In this document: positions 40,201 through 49,227 of the stretch, one piece after another
Layout: the number at the start of each line of letters is the position of its first letter
How positions within the stretch are numbered: position 1 is the stretch's first letter
Assembly: GCA_027001995.1 (NCBI GenBank)
Contig: JALTLO010000197.1
Location: 5,178 to 69,177 of the forward strand
DNA: 64,000 nucleotides
Reading direction: 5' to 3'
From: Planctomycetota bacterium
Lineage (GTDB): Bacteria > Planctomycetota > GCA-002687715 > DRQF01
Program-made: the position numbers and the translations under genes
The notes under the pieces: model-generated
What the model saw: the letters and a program-made list of their open reading frames with translations, nothing else
What the model was told of the DNA's origin: nothing
Databases searched by the model: none

Positions 40201-40445
40201 CGGACCCTCTTCAAGGGCTGCTGCAGGGATTGGGTGGCAATAAGAAGAAATCCAAGGACGATGCCAAGAAGAAAGCTTCCGACCCCCTTCAAGGACTGCT
40301 GCGAGGATTGGGCGGCAAGAAGAAACAGAAACCAAACGATAAGAAGAACAAGAAGAACAAAGAAAAGAAGCAACGTCCCAAGGGCTTAGGTGGCCTCCTG
40401 CAAGGTTTGGGCGGAAGCCGCAATCAGAACGACGGCCACCGTTGA
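37206..40445 (+). CDS. AsmA-family (bridge-like beta-groove) protein with a Lys/Gly-rich repeat tail
   Basis: N-terminal TM anchor, long Gly-rich beta content, L.G.G...L..G motif and C-terminal LPL.L.GT..SP. Confidence 0.7.
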   Translation: MTTDKPKKSALGRIMRAVLLLILLVAVLVALAPTLFSGFIQGKIVEAMEESLDAKVTMEDFSFGWMSGSQIEGFTMTRPGESEPCLSVGKVTTAPSLSDILASRFIVEDIVAENVTVRIKRNETGVDWQDIAKGPKKKGEKTGSESTEIPDFLVRARVNNLRIVYSDIKLDRALDFPGMNVSLEASRGADLKVKVTGPSGLDCDLKCQLFDGDRLLPNDKITATGTLSWSDLQLFDYQPHLGQYLSGLSGTVNTHYNLNYGPQGATRVSGKTQWQGLVAKTSAGGVASTSGTIDNTVLMAEGQPPVVEALINLSDVEIVGMPNQKKAVPCGTGVVNVKMAGDLLTLSQCEVAVPGGKFSLSGDYAMGDQPSRGMRLDANTDLSIWSTYFEGIPDLGGKVQVGGLIPGDMTRNPIDLKVLVDALKLTGGPLGEKSYNCGKTTFDLQLTQPQTPEGSQDIIVKSRSRMWQVDLNSSLRSKASAAFGMLGQAKIKGNCDMEQFLAPFTDSRGQGRVSFDFLAGLEEDKVQIQNATVRGPGATAQFSGQVGRRADGWGFMFDGKDVTYQRGDGIGIVMPKLLGRGTWNEKSHAVQGRISIDDVRTVGGQRATMKGGAVLVDFDGSVDQEKGRYQINFGRLNLAGFQGKGGIDYAKDTGLGKLSIVGEADYAELSSRWLRLYDPQATGQGKGPVVLEIDPKGGNWSQASGRLDLQVPGLKSQGFDLADLVIKGTMNNGKGKITQGGGRLNDGTVKLTGDVDFTGENMVFNTNAEMKGVRLVKEWQPAIARVIPLFAGIGVTAEGVINMNLTADGVGDTWDSIKPRLNGDGSLGLGNGRIVGSPILRTFGLALGFDPNMSIRDINSAFQIKNGGVHQEGLLADFGTFQMKMGGITYLDGRLDYDVGFKPVSQNPSNWQRFASLVANDGFLPLKLRGTVDSPKPGLPDPAKLIEAGARKLLGDGIGNLLGGDKKKNGKSQGIGGILKGLGGNKSKSKDDPKKKNASDPLQGLLQGLGGNKKKSKDDAKKKASDPLQGLLRGLGGKKKQKPNDKKNKKNKEKKQRPKGLGGLLQGLGGSRNQNDGHR

Positions 40446-40454
40446 GGTCCATTC

Positions 40455-41300
40455 TTGAGGCTCACAACCACAAATCATGATCGCGATTTCTCTGGTATGC
40501 GCTATGTCTATCCAGTGATATCACGGCGCGCGCAAGGTGTGTCCATTGGCATCAACCTGAATCCCAACAAAGCCTGCAATTGGCGCTGTGTCTATTGCCA
40601 AGTCGCAGATCTAAAAAGGGGAGCAGGCCCCACCATCGACTTGGATCTTCTCCAAGACGAACTCTCAAGTCTTCTCGATGCCGTTGTTCGGGGCGATTTC
40701 ATGGAAACCCATGTCCCAGAAGAAGCCCGCGTCTTGAAGGACATCGCTTTTTCTGGGGATGGCGAATCAACCAGTTCACCTCAGTTTCTTGAATCATTGG
40801 AAAAAGTGGCAAACTTGTTGGACCGTTTCGGCCTTAAAGGAAAAATCAATGTTGTGTTGATTACCAATGGCTCCCTGGTTCAGAAACCTGAGGTACAAAA
40901 AGGCCTTCGGGTGCTTTCTGATCTGGGAGGCGAGGTTTGGTTTAAGCTCGACCGGGGAAGCTCTGAGGCCATAAAGGAAGTCAACGGGGCAGTCATAGAT
41001 ATCGACCGTCACCTCGTCAATCTGGAAACCACAGCTCGCCGGGTACCCACCTGGATTCAAACCTGCATGTTTGCCAAAGACGGCCAACCTCCCACCGAAG
41101 AAGAGATCGATGACTATCTTTGTATCCTTGGCAACCTGATTCTTGCTGAGGTGTCGGTGCAAGGTGTTTTGCTCTATGGAATGGCCCGCCCACCTATGCT
41201 TCCAGAAGGGACAAGGCTCTCTCAGTTGGAGAGCAAATGGCTCGAGAATCTGGGAGGGCGCATTCGCGCCCTCGGCTTACAGGTTCGCGTTTCAGCCTGA
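40455..41300 (+). CDS. Radical SAM protein (COG0731-like)
   Basis: YVYPVISRR..G.SIGINL, CNWRCVYC, AFSGDGE and LITN motifs. Confidence 0.88.
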   Translation: MRLTTTNHDRDFSGMRYVYPVISRRAQGVSIGINLNPNKACNWRCVYCQVADLKRGAGPTIDLDLLQDELSSLLDAVVRGDFMETHVPEEARVLKDIAFSGDGESTSSPQFLESLEKVANLLDRFGLKGKINVVLITNGSLVQKPEVQKGLRVLSDLGGEVWFKLDRGSSEAIKEVNGAVIDIDRHLVNLETTARRVPTWIQTCMFAKDGQPPTEEEIDDYLCILGNLILAEVSVQGVLLYGMARPPMLPEGTRLSQLESKWLENLGGRIRALGLQVRVSA

Positions 41301-41385
41301 TGGCAGGAGTGGGAGTACATAGGATACACAAGGGCAGCCGCCCCATGCTCTTCCTTCTCACTGAATGACGTTGATCCCAAGGTCT

Positions 41386-42258
41386 TCAGAGTTTGCCTAG
41401 TTTTCTCGCGATGATGGGGCTAAATTTCTTTGCGCCGAAAATGTTCAGGTGGTCAATGTTGAGAAACTCTTTGGAGTTGAGCCTAAGACCTCCGGCGGCA
41501 AGGATGGGGACTCCCATTTGGGAAAGCTCTCCTCGCAGCCCTTTGAATTCCTTGAGGAAATTCTCAGGAATGGCGTTTAGATACCGTCTGCGAACCGGGC
41601 TGACGACCAGGACGATCTTCACTTTTCTTGCCCGACAGAGCTCGATGATCTTGAATAAGTAGCGCCTCATGACGGCGGAGATCCCGGCGTTCTTGCCTCG
41701 GTAGAAGAAATGACCTTCAATGGCACGTTTAAGATCACTGGTATCACTTTGTCGAGAGTTGCTGTACTTTCCCATGTAGTGAACGTGGTCCTCTTTGGGT
41801 TGCAGACACATTTGGCGCACCACTGTGTCAACGTAGGTTCGCCAGTCCACCGCTATGGTCTCTACTGTGAGTGGATTGCCGATGGTGTAGCTTCGTTTGA
41901 ACATTTCCTCTGCCCACTGAGGATCAATGAACTTCTCATCGTTGTAGGCCGAGATGTTGTGATGTGCTAACCCAAGCAGCACGGTGGAAACATGGGGGTT
42001 TTTGGGCAGCAAGGTTTGTAGTTTCCAGTAGGTCAGAGCATAGGGCTCTGCCCCTTGACAAATGTTGCGACCGTGTTCGAAGAATTCTGGGTCTAAGGCC
42101 CGCATTAAGTATGAGTCACCAACAATGAGTGTCTCACAATCACCAAGATCAATTTTTGGATCGGACTTGCTGACCGACAAATTGTAGGAGTAGAGGAACC
42201 CCATATAAGTCAAAAGCAAGGAAGCGAAGAGGACTAACTTGATCAAGAAAGGTTTCAT
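41386..42258 (-). CDS. SGNH-like (AlgJ/DltD-type) partner of the MBOAT protein
   Basis: N-terminal TM, GDS and C-terminal DHLN..GA; directly downstream of the MBOAT gene. Confidence 0.7.
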   Translation of the reverse strand: MKPFLIKLVLFASLLLTYMGFLYSYNLSVSKSDPKIDLGDCETLIVGDSYLMRALDPEFFEHGRNICQGAEPYALTYWKLQTLLPKNPHVSTVLLGLAHHNISAYNDEKFIDPQWAEEMFKRSYTIGNPLTVETIAVDWRTYVDTVVRQMCLQPKEDHVHYMGKYSNSRQSDTSDLKRAIEGHFFYRGKNAGISAVMRRYLFKIIELCRARKVKIVLVVSPVRRRYLNAIPENFLKEFKGLRGELSQMGVPILAAGGLRLNSKEFLNIDHLNIFGAKKFSPIIARKLGKL

Positions 42259-42266
42259 GTCCTGCC

Positions 42267-43703
42267 TTAGAATTGAAAATAAACGAATTCATGTTGGCTT
42301 CCTCCACAGAGGAAGATTGCCATGATCAAGGCGAAGTAGGCTGGCCACCTGAGCAGGCGATATCGACTCTCATGTCCCCAGTGGAGCCCGTGTTCTCTTA
42401 GGCGTTGGCACCATTCAATAACAATCAAGACTACAATCGAAATAGTCAGGCTTTGCTCGATCGTTTTCGATGTTTCGAATAAGGAAGCAGAAAAGATCTG
42501 GCCCAAGTAGGAAAAGGCATGCCCGAGATTATCTGCTCTAAAGAAAACCCAGGCAATCAATGTCAAAGCGAACGTTGTCACTATTTGGGCGAGTTCTTTT
42601 GGTCTCGGGAATATCTTCCCTTCAGCGACAACGTTCAGGTTCTTGCGGTTTTTGCTTCTGAGCATCAGAGGTAAGAAGTAAAGGGCATGGAGGGTTCCCC
42701 AAACGACGAAAGTCCAATTGGCCCCGTGCCAGAATCCGCTGACGATGAAGATGATGAAGATGTTTCTGATTGTCTTAGTCGTGCTTCCCCGGCTGCCTCC
42801 CAATGGGATATAGACGTAATCCCGAAACCAGGTCGAAAGGGAAATGTGCCAGCGCCGCCAGAATTCTGCGATGTCTCGGGAGAAATAGGGGAAAGAGAAG
42901 TTCTTCATGAGATCGAAACCAAAGAGACGGGCGGTGCCAATGGCGATGTCGGAATACCCAGAAAAGTCTCCATAGATTTGCAAGGAGAAGAGGAAGACAG
43001 CAAGGAGAAGAGTGCTTCCCGTGTGGTCTGCATAGTGAGGAAAAATTTCGTCGACAAAGGTAGCACAGTTGTCGGCAATCACGATTTTCTTGAACAAACC
43101 CCAGAGAATCTGGCGCATACCGTCAACGGCCTTATGATGGTCGAAAACCCGAGGGCGGTGGAATTGAGGCAAGAGCGCTGATGCCCGTTCGATGGGGCCC
43201 GCCACCAATTGGGGGAAGAAACTCACAAAGGCGAAGAATGACAGGACATCTTTTGTTGCCTTGATCTTCTGGCGATACACGTCAATTGAGTAACTCAGAG
43301 TTTGAAACGTGTAGAAACTGATGCCCACCGGCAAGACAATCTCTAAGTTGCGTGGACTCATGGAGAAGCCAAAGAAGCGGAAAGCCTCGACGAAGTTGTC
43401 GAGGAAGAAGTTGCAATACTTGAAGTAGGCCAGTAAGCCCAGATTGACCGTCAGACTTAGGAATAGGAGGAGTCGTCGGTGTCGCTTATTCTCAGTTCCT
43501 GCCAGGCCGAGACCTACCCCAAAGTCAACCATGGAACTCAAAGCGATTAACCACAGAAAGTGCCAATCCCACCAACCATAGAAAATGTAGCTGACTAGCA
43601 AGAGGAATGCGTTCTGAACTTTGAGATTCTTGGGAAAGACAAACCAATAAAGGGCAAAGACAATTGGCAGGAAGATGGCAAAGTCGATCGAATTGAACAG
43701 CAT
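42267..43703 (-). CDS. MBOAT family O-acyltransferase (AlgI/DltB-like)
   Basis: LPVGISFYTFQ, FFPQLVAGPI, QIYGDFSGYSD, FWRRWHISLS and GFWHGA motifs. Confidence 0.93.
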   Translation of the reverse strand: MLFNSIDFAIFLPIVFALYWFVFPKNLKVQNAFLLLVSYIFYGWWDWHFLWLIALSSMVDFGVGLGLAGTENKRHRRLLLFLSLTVNLGLLAYFKYCNFFLDNFVEAFRFFGFSMSPRNLEIVLPVGISFYTFQTLSYSIDVYRQKIKATKDVLSFFAFVSFFPQLVAGPIERASALLPQFHRPRVFDHHKAVDGMRQILWGLFKKIVIADNCATFVDEIFPHYADHTGSTLLLAVFLFSLQIYGDFSGYSDIAIGTARLFGFDLMKNFSFPYFSRDIAEFWRRWHISLSTWFRDYVYIPLGGSRGSTTKTIRNIFIIFIVSGFWHGANWTFVVWGTLHALYFLPLMLRSKNRKNLNVVAEGKIFPRPKELAQIVTTFALTLIAWVFFRADNLGHAFSYLGQIFSASLFETSKTIEQSLTISIVVLIVIEWCQRLREHGLHWGHESRYRLLRWPAYFALIMAIFLCGGSQHEFVYFQF

Positions 43704-43939
43704 TCGGAAAACCAACTCACACAGACAAGCGACTTAGTAGAGGCACATTCTACTGTGGAGTGGCGCTGATAGCAAAAGGAGACGTTTCCGTCCTGGAGCC
43801 GGAAATGGCAATCAGCATGGGCATAGTGAGTAGAGTGATCGCTGGTTTCTGGTCTGTGGGCAACGAAGCGATGGAAATGGAGTGACCATTCTTGGGTTCT
43901 TCATGATGGTCTGGGCTTGGCCGGGGCCAGAAGACATCC

Positions 43940-46693
43940 CTATTTGTTTGTTCGAACCTCGACGTCAAGGACGATACGGATCTCCTCATTCCCCGCTTTC
44001 ACTCCGTTGAGGGTTGTCCATGCCACGTATTCAGTCTTGCCTTCTCTTTCTTCACCGAATTGAGCTCTGAGTAGATCCTCGGAGATGGCCTTATTCCATT
44101 CTCGCTTTTTCGTTGTGTCGGTGGGCGAGGGTTTTAGCGTGTAAATGACGCGAACCAAGAACACCTGGCCCATGGTGGCATCTTTCAACTCGAAGAAGCC
44201 ATTCGCATCCGCCAATGCCTCACTAACCTGTCGCCTGGGACGAAAGCTCACTTCATTCTTGGGCTGTCTTGAGAGGGAGAGCCGTGCTTGGAACAAGGGT
44301 TGATTGGCTCGGTTAACCACAACACCACGAATCGTTCCTTTTTCTATCAGAGTGAAGTTCTTTTCAAAGGACTGGGTGTTTCTGATGGTGAATTCTTGTA
44401 ATCGGCCCCCTTCGACGCCATAGTTCTTGCCTTGTCCGCTAATCTCGACACTCACGACTCCAGCGCGTAGCTCTTCAAATGAATAGAAACCATTGGCGTC
44501 GGTGAAAGTGCCTCTTTCATTGTCACCCATGGTCATGATGTCGTCGCGGGGGTTTTGGTCTGTGACAGCGATGGCAACGCCCTCGACTGGGCCGTTGGGG
44601 CCTGTGACCGTTCCGTACAATTTGATTCCCCGTTGCAGTTTGACGACTATATCTTTCTTGCCGACTTGATGAAGTTCCAAGGTCGTGAGGTTGCCCCCAG
44701 CGAACTTCGGATGAAACGCTTCGATTTCGAGGCCTGAGTCTTGGCGAATTCCTTGAATCTTAAACTTTCCTTGGGCGTCGCTCACGATGGGTTTGCGTTC
44801 TTTGGCGTTGAATATCTGAGACATTCTGGATCTTGGGCTGTCTTGATTTTCGCTTAGGACGGTCCAGTAGAGGGCAACGCCAGGGAGCGGTTTGCCATCA
44901 GGGTCAACTGTGATGCCGGTTTGGGTCAAGCCCCGTCGGAGCCGGATATCATGGCCAGTGAGAACGCTGCCTTCTTCTACTAAGGGGAGGGACGCTATTG
45001 CGGTTTCTATTTTGCTCTTATTGTCGCTTCCTGGAATAAAGGTAGAAAAGATTGATCGCTGAACGATTCCTGGTTGTTCTGCATAGTAGCCGACGGCCTT
45101 CGCCTCGATCTGAATCCTGCCGATTCTTACCCCGCTTATCTGGTATTTGCCGTTGGCATCAGCCCTCCCTTGAGATGACAGGCTGTTGCCTAAGATAAAT
45201 CCATCTTCCTTGGATATGGGCACGATCTTCACTTGGGCAAATGGGATGGGCTCTCCGGTATCTGTATCCAAAACTTGTCCGCTGACAGTGCCCCCCAGAG
45301 ACATAGTGATGTCTTTGGTGATCACTGGGCCATCGCCCATCTTGATCTTGACGGCAATCCCGGGCATGAAACCTGGTGAGTCTTTCTGGGTGGGAGGCAT
45401 CAGCAATTTGAACCTCTTGTGCTCGACGAGAAGGCTGACTTGGCCCTCTGGTGCTATTCCATCCAAGCTATAGAAGCCTTTCTCATCGCTGCTGCCTTCG
45501 ATGGCGATGGGGGCTCTGTTGGAGAAGCAAATGACTTTTGCCCCTACGACTGGATCCTGAGATCCAGAAAGAGTGATCTGGCCTTCGATTTGAACGCCCT
45601 TCTTGAGGACGATTTTCAGGGTGTCGTTCTTCTTTTCTCTTTCTACTTTGACATCGTCACCCTTGGGTGCGTATCCCTTTGCTTTGACCATATAGTTGTA
45701 TTTGGCTTTGCCCAATTGAGTGAATTGGAATTTTCCATTCGGATCGCTTCTGGTCTTGAGGGTTTTGAAGACTGTAGGGAAGCCATTGACATCTCTCAGC
45801 AAGGCAATGAGAGCGTTGGCTATGGGTTGACCATTCTCATTTTCGACGATTCCACTCAAGAGGTGTCCTGGGGCTAAATCGATTAAGATTTCTTCAATGG
45901 CTTGCCCTTCTTCCACCATAATCCTATCGGAGTGTTTGAATTCTTTAGCCTCAGCAGTGACGGCCACGGCGTATTCTCCCGGAGTGACGTTTTCGAACAC
46001 GAAATTGCCAGAATCATCAGTCGTTGTCATTCCCAGGGGATCATCGTCTCGGGTCAATCGCCGGAGGATGGTCACCAAGTCAAAGTTATTCATGTCTATG
46101 GAAACATTGGGAAGCAGGGCGACATGGGCTCCTTTCAAGTTCTTTCTCTTGAATGTCACCTTGCCTCGAATCTCTGTCGCCGGGGACATCATAATAATAC
46201 CCAAGTCAAGTTCTTGGTCCGCAGCTAAGAAGAGGGCTGGTATCGCTGTGGACGCAAATCCCTTGCCAACAATCTTGAGAGAGAGCTCGACGTCAACGGG
46301 TAAGCCTCGGACTTTGAAAGTTCCATCGTCATGAGTTTCGGCGTTGCGAATTGAGTCGCCTAAGATGGTTGTGACTTGCACCTCCATTTTGGCCATGGGG
46401 GAGAGATCCCGGGCCTTAATGGCTCGTCCTAAGAAAGTGCCTAAGCCTGCGACCATACTCTTAGCCTCGGAGGTGTCCTGGGCGTTTCCCTTTCCCGAAA
46501 GGTGGGTTGGGTTTCGTCCGGTTCTTTCAACCTTGGTGCGAAGGGTATTGGCATCGTCCTGAGGCATCCCAGAGCTTGCGTCTTGCTGGACAAGACCTCC
46601 GTCGTTCTCGCTTAAGAAGTTGAGGACAGCGATGCCGCATCCTAAGACGACAACCAAGACGCCAACGGCGAAGATCATTCTATTGCGATTCAT
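43940..46693 (-). CDS. Membrane-anchored protein with repeated carboxypeptidase-regulatory-like domains
   Basis: Repeats of G.V....G.P...A.V and T/SD..G.F/Y. Confidence 0.8.
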   Translation of the reverse strand: MNRNRMIFAVGVLVVVLGCGIAVLNFLSENDGGLVQQDASSGMPQDDANTLRTKVERTGRNPTHLSGKGNAQDTSEAKSMVAGLGTFLGRAIKARDLSPMAKMEVQVTTILGDSIRNAETHDDGTFKVRGLPVDVELSLKIVGKGFASTAIPALFLAADQELDLGIIMMSPATEIRGKVTFKRKNLKGAHVALLPNVSIDMNNFDLVTILRRLTRDDDPLGMTTTDDSGNFVFENVTPGEYAVAVTAEAKEFKHSDRIMVEEGQAIEEILIDLAPGHLLSGIVENENGQPIANALIALLRDVNGFPTVFKTLKTRSDPNGKFQFTQLGKAKYNYMVKAKGYAPKGDDVKVEREKKNDTLKIVLKKGVQIEGQITLSGSQDPVVGAKVICFSNRAPIAIEGSSDEKGFYSLDGIAPEGQVSLLVEHKRFKLLMPPTQKDSPGFMPGIAVKIKMGDGPVITKDITMSLGGTVSGQVLDTDTGEPIPFAQVKIVPISKEDGFILGNSLSSQGRADANGKYQISGVRIGRIQIEAKAVGYYAEQPGIVQRSIFSTFIPGSDNKSKIETAIASLPLVEEGSVLTGHDIRLRRGLTQTGITVDPDGKPLPGVALYWTVLSENQDSPRSRMSQIFNAKERKPIVSDAQGKFKIQGIRQDSGLEIEAFHPKFAGGNLTTLELHQVGKKDIVVKLQRGIKLYGTVTGPNGPVEGVAIAVTDQNPRDDIMTMGDNERGTFTDANGFYSFEELRAGVVSVEISGQGKNYGVEGGRLQEFTIRNTQSFEKNFTLIEKGTIRGVVVNRANQPLFQARLSLSRQPKNEVSFRPRRQVSEALADANGFFELKDATMGQVFLVRVIYTLKPSPTDTTKKREWNKAISEDLLRAQFGEEREGKTEYVAWTTLNGVKAGNEEIRIVLDVEVRTNK

Positions 46694-47102
46694 TCGAATT
46701 CCCTCTTCCCTGCAACAGCCAACGATGTTTCCTCATCATAACCAAATTGGAGAACACGATTTGAGCTCATCTATCCTTGAGCTCATCCTCCCCCAATGAA
46801 GCCCATTATCAAGTCTGACGAAGGCCAAAGGAGAATGTTCATGGTTTCCCCCGAGAAGACCCCTAAGAAGGGTGCTTAGACTTCCCCGTGCACCAACCCT
46901 TGGATTCAGATTTTGGCCCGTTTCTCCGCTTTTGGTCGCCCAATTCAGGCAGGAAACCATCAAAAGAGTGATTTGGCCTTTGAAATAGCATTTGTTTACC
47001 TTTATGTCTTATTTCGGAACATTTCCGGCCGAAGAGGGTTTTATCGACGGTCGCCACGGATAGGAATCTGTGGATTTCTCAGTGCAGATAGCGAGTAACT
47101 CG

Positions 47103-49214
47103 ATGACAGTACAGAAACGTCGCTTGCAAGTGATTCTTTTTTGTTCCCTGGCCCTCATGACTCTTGGGCTCACAATCGGTATGCAGACCATCGACCGTGC
47201 TCAGGCTGAGCCTCATTTGGCCACCAAGATTCAACTCTGGGAGCAAGGTGCCAGAGAGATCGATCGCTTGGTCCAAGTCAATCTGAAACAGAATAAACTG
47301 TCCCCCAACAAAATGGCCTCGGATGCCACTTTTCTGCGGCGGGTCTACTTGGATGTCATTGGCCGAATTCCCGATATCAAAGAAACACGGGCTTTTCTCA
47401 AGTCGAAAAATCCGAACAAACGCAAAGAGTTGGTGGTGACCCTGATGAATTCGCCGGGGTACGTGAGTCATAATTTCAATTTCTGGGCTGATATCCTGCG
47501 AATCAAATCTCGTCCCATCCCACAGATCAGTGGTGAACCTTTCATCCATTGGATCAAGCAATCTTTGCAAGAGAACAAACCCTACGATGTCATGGTTCGA
47601 GAAATGCTCACCACCAATGGCGCAGCTAACGAGAAGGGCAATGGGGCCACAGGTTTCTTGCTACGGGACCGGGGGATGCCTCTGGACAGCATGGCCAATA
47701 CGGTTCGGGTCTTCCTGGGTACGCGCATTGAATGTGCTCAATGTCACAATCACCCCTTTGCCGATTGGACGCAGCGACAGTTTTTTGAAATGGCGGCATT
47801 CTTCGGTGGTTTGCAATATGTCAATGAGATGTTCACTAAGCCCGAAGGACGGAAACTCTTGCGCCAATCCAGAACGATCGGCAAGCAACAAGGAGAATTG
47901 GCTGCCCGCAATCTTCGGCGCCAAGTTCGTCGTGTTCTTCAGCCTGGGATCAACAATAGCGGGACCGGAGTAGCTCGATTGCCCAATGACTACGCTTACG
48001 ACGATGGCAAGCCCAATGACTTCGTTCTTGCAAAGACTCTTTTCGGCAAACCGGCTGCCATCAATCCGAAGGTTCCCAAGATTCCACGCCGATTCGCGGA
48101 GCGCATGAAGAAGGCCAAGAATAAGAAAAGGATGATGAGGCGCTCATTTGCCAAAGATATACGGTCGCGAGATGCCTTCGCGGACTGGTTGACTGATGAT
48201 GAGAATCCACTCTTTACCACGGTGATCGTCAACCGCATGTGGGCGAAGTTGATGGGGCATCCCTTGGTGCCAGCTATAGACGATATGCGGGAAGATAGTG
48301 TCTCGGTTAATCCTGATTTATCCGCACACCTAAACAGGTTGATGAAGGACCTGAACTACGACTTGAAGGCCTTTCAAACTGTGATCCTGCTGAGCAAGAC
48401 CTACCAACGAGAATCGGAAACCAGTCTTCCTCAGGCACCAGAACGATTTCGTTTCCCCGGTCCTTTGTCCAGACGGATGAGCGCCGAGCAATTCTGGGAT
48501 TCCATGCTGACTTTGGTCGTTCCCAATATCGATAGCACCATCACCGAACCTATGTCCTTGCGAGCCAAGGCTGTTTACGACAACTACGAGCTATTGAGTG
48601 GCAAGTCCGCTCAAGAGATCATAGCTCAATTCAAAGGGCCGGAAGGTTCGATGATGTCTCAACAAGAGTTGCGCCGTCAGAAACGAATGGAGTTTCGTGA
48701 AAAGCTGCGTCCGTTGAGACGAGCGTTGGTTCAGGCTCGGCGGCGAAAAGACAAACAGGCTGAAGCGGAAGCGCTCGCCAGTCTCAAAGCCCTGGGGATC
48801 GATGGCGATAATTTCTTGTCCCAGCAGCGCTATGGACGAGAATTACTCCGCGCTTCCGAGCTGCCGTCCCCAACCCCTCCAGGGCACTTCTTGCGAGAAT
48901 TCGGCCAGTCCGATCGGGATCAGGCTAACGGTGCATCAACAGCACCCACTGTTCCCCAAGTGCTTAACCTGGTGAACGGTTTTGTTGAGAAGAACCTCTT
49001 GGCGAAGAGGCAAGGCATGATGCTTTCTGCATTGCGCCGCACGCAGAAAACAGATCAGAAAATTCGTTTGGTTTTTCTCTTTGTTTTGAACCGCCAGCCC
49101 AGCAGATCGGAGATCGCATCATGGCGAGGGGACGCGGCAAAAATCGGTGAGCCAGCGATCTTTGATTTGATTTGGACCTTAGTAAATAGCCATGAGTTTA
49201 GGCAGTTGAGCTGA
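47103..49214 (+). CDS. DUF1549/DUF1553 (PSCyt2/PSD1-like) protein
   Basis: FLRRVYLD..GRIP, FLG.RIECAQCHNHPF..W, VNR.W..LMG, RRMSAEQ.WDS and DLIW.L.NS.EF motifs. Confidence 0.9.
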   Translation: MTVQKRRLQVILFCSLALMTLGLTIGMQTIDRAQAEPHLATKIQLWEQGAREIDRLVQVNLKQNKLSPNKMASDATFLRRVYLDVIGRIPDIKETRAFLKSKNPNKRKELVVTLMNSPGYVSHNFNFWADILRIKSRPIPQISGEPFIHWIKQSLQENKPYDVMVREMLTTNGAANEKGNGATGFLLRDRGMPLDSMANTVRVFLGTRIECAQCHNHPFADWTQRQFFEMAAFFGGLQYVNEMFTKPEGRKLLRQSRTIGKQQGELAARNLRRQVRRVLQPGINNSGTGVARLPNDYAYDDGKPNDFVLAKTLFGKPAAINPKVPKIPRRFAERMKKAKNKKRMMRRSFAKDIRSRDAFADWLTDDENPLFTTVIVNRMWAKLMGHPLVPAIDDMREDSVSVNPDLSAHLNRLMKDLNYDLKAFQTVILLSKTYQRESETSLPQAPERFRFPGPLSRRMSAEQFWDSMLTLVVPNIDSTITEPMSLRAKAVYDNYELLSGKSAQEIIAQFKGPEGSMMSQQELRRQKRMEFREKLRPLRRALVQARRRKDKQAEAEALASLKALGIDGDNFLSQQRYGRELLRASELPSPTPPGHFLREFGQSDRDQANGASTAPTVPQVLNLVNGFVEKNLLAKRQGMMLSALRRTQKTDQKIRLVFLFVLNRQPSRSEIASWRGDAAKIGEPAIFDLIWTLVNSHEFRQLS

Positions 49215-49227
49215 GAGGATTGCAGCC

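Noticed and set aside
40443..40457. UGA readthrough fusing the AsmA-like gene to the radical SAM gene (same frame)
   Set aside because: The two proteins belong to incompatible compartments, and TGAGGT is better explained as the RBS for the TTG start.
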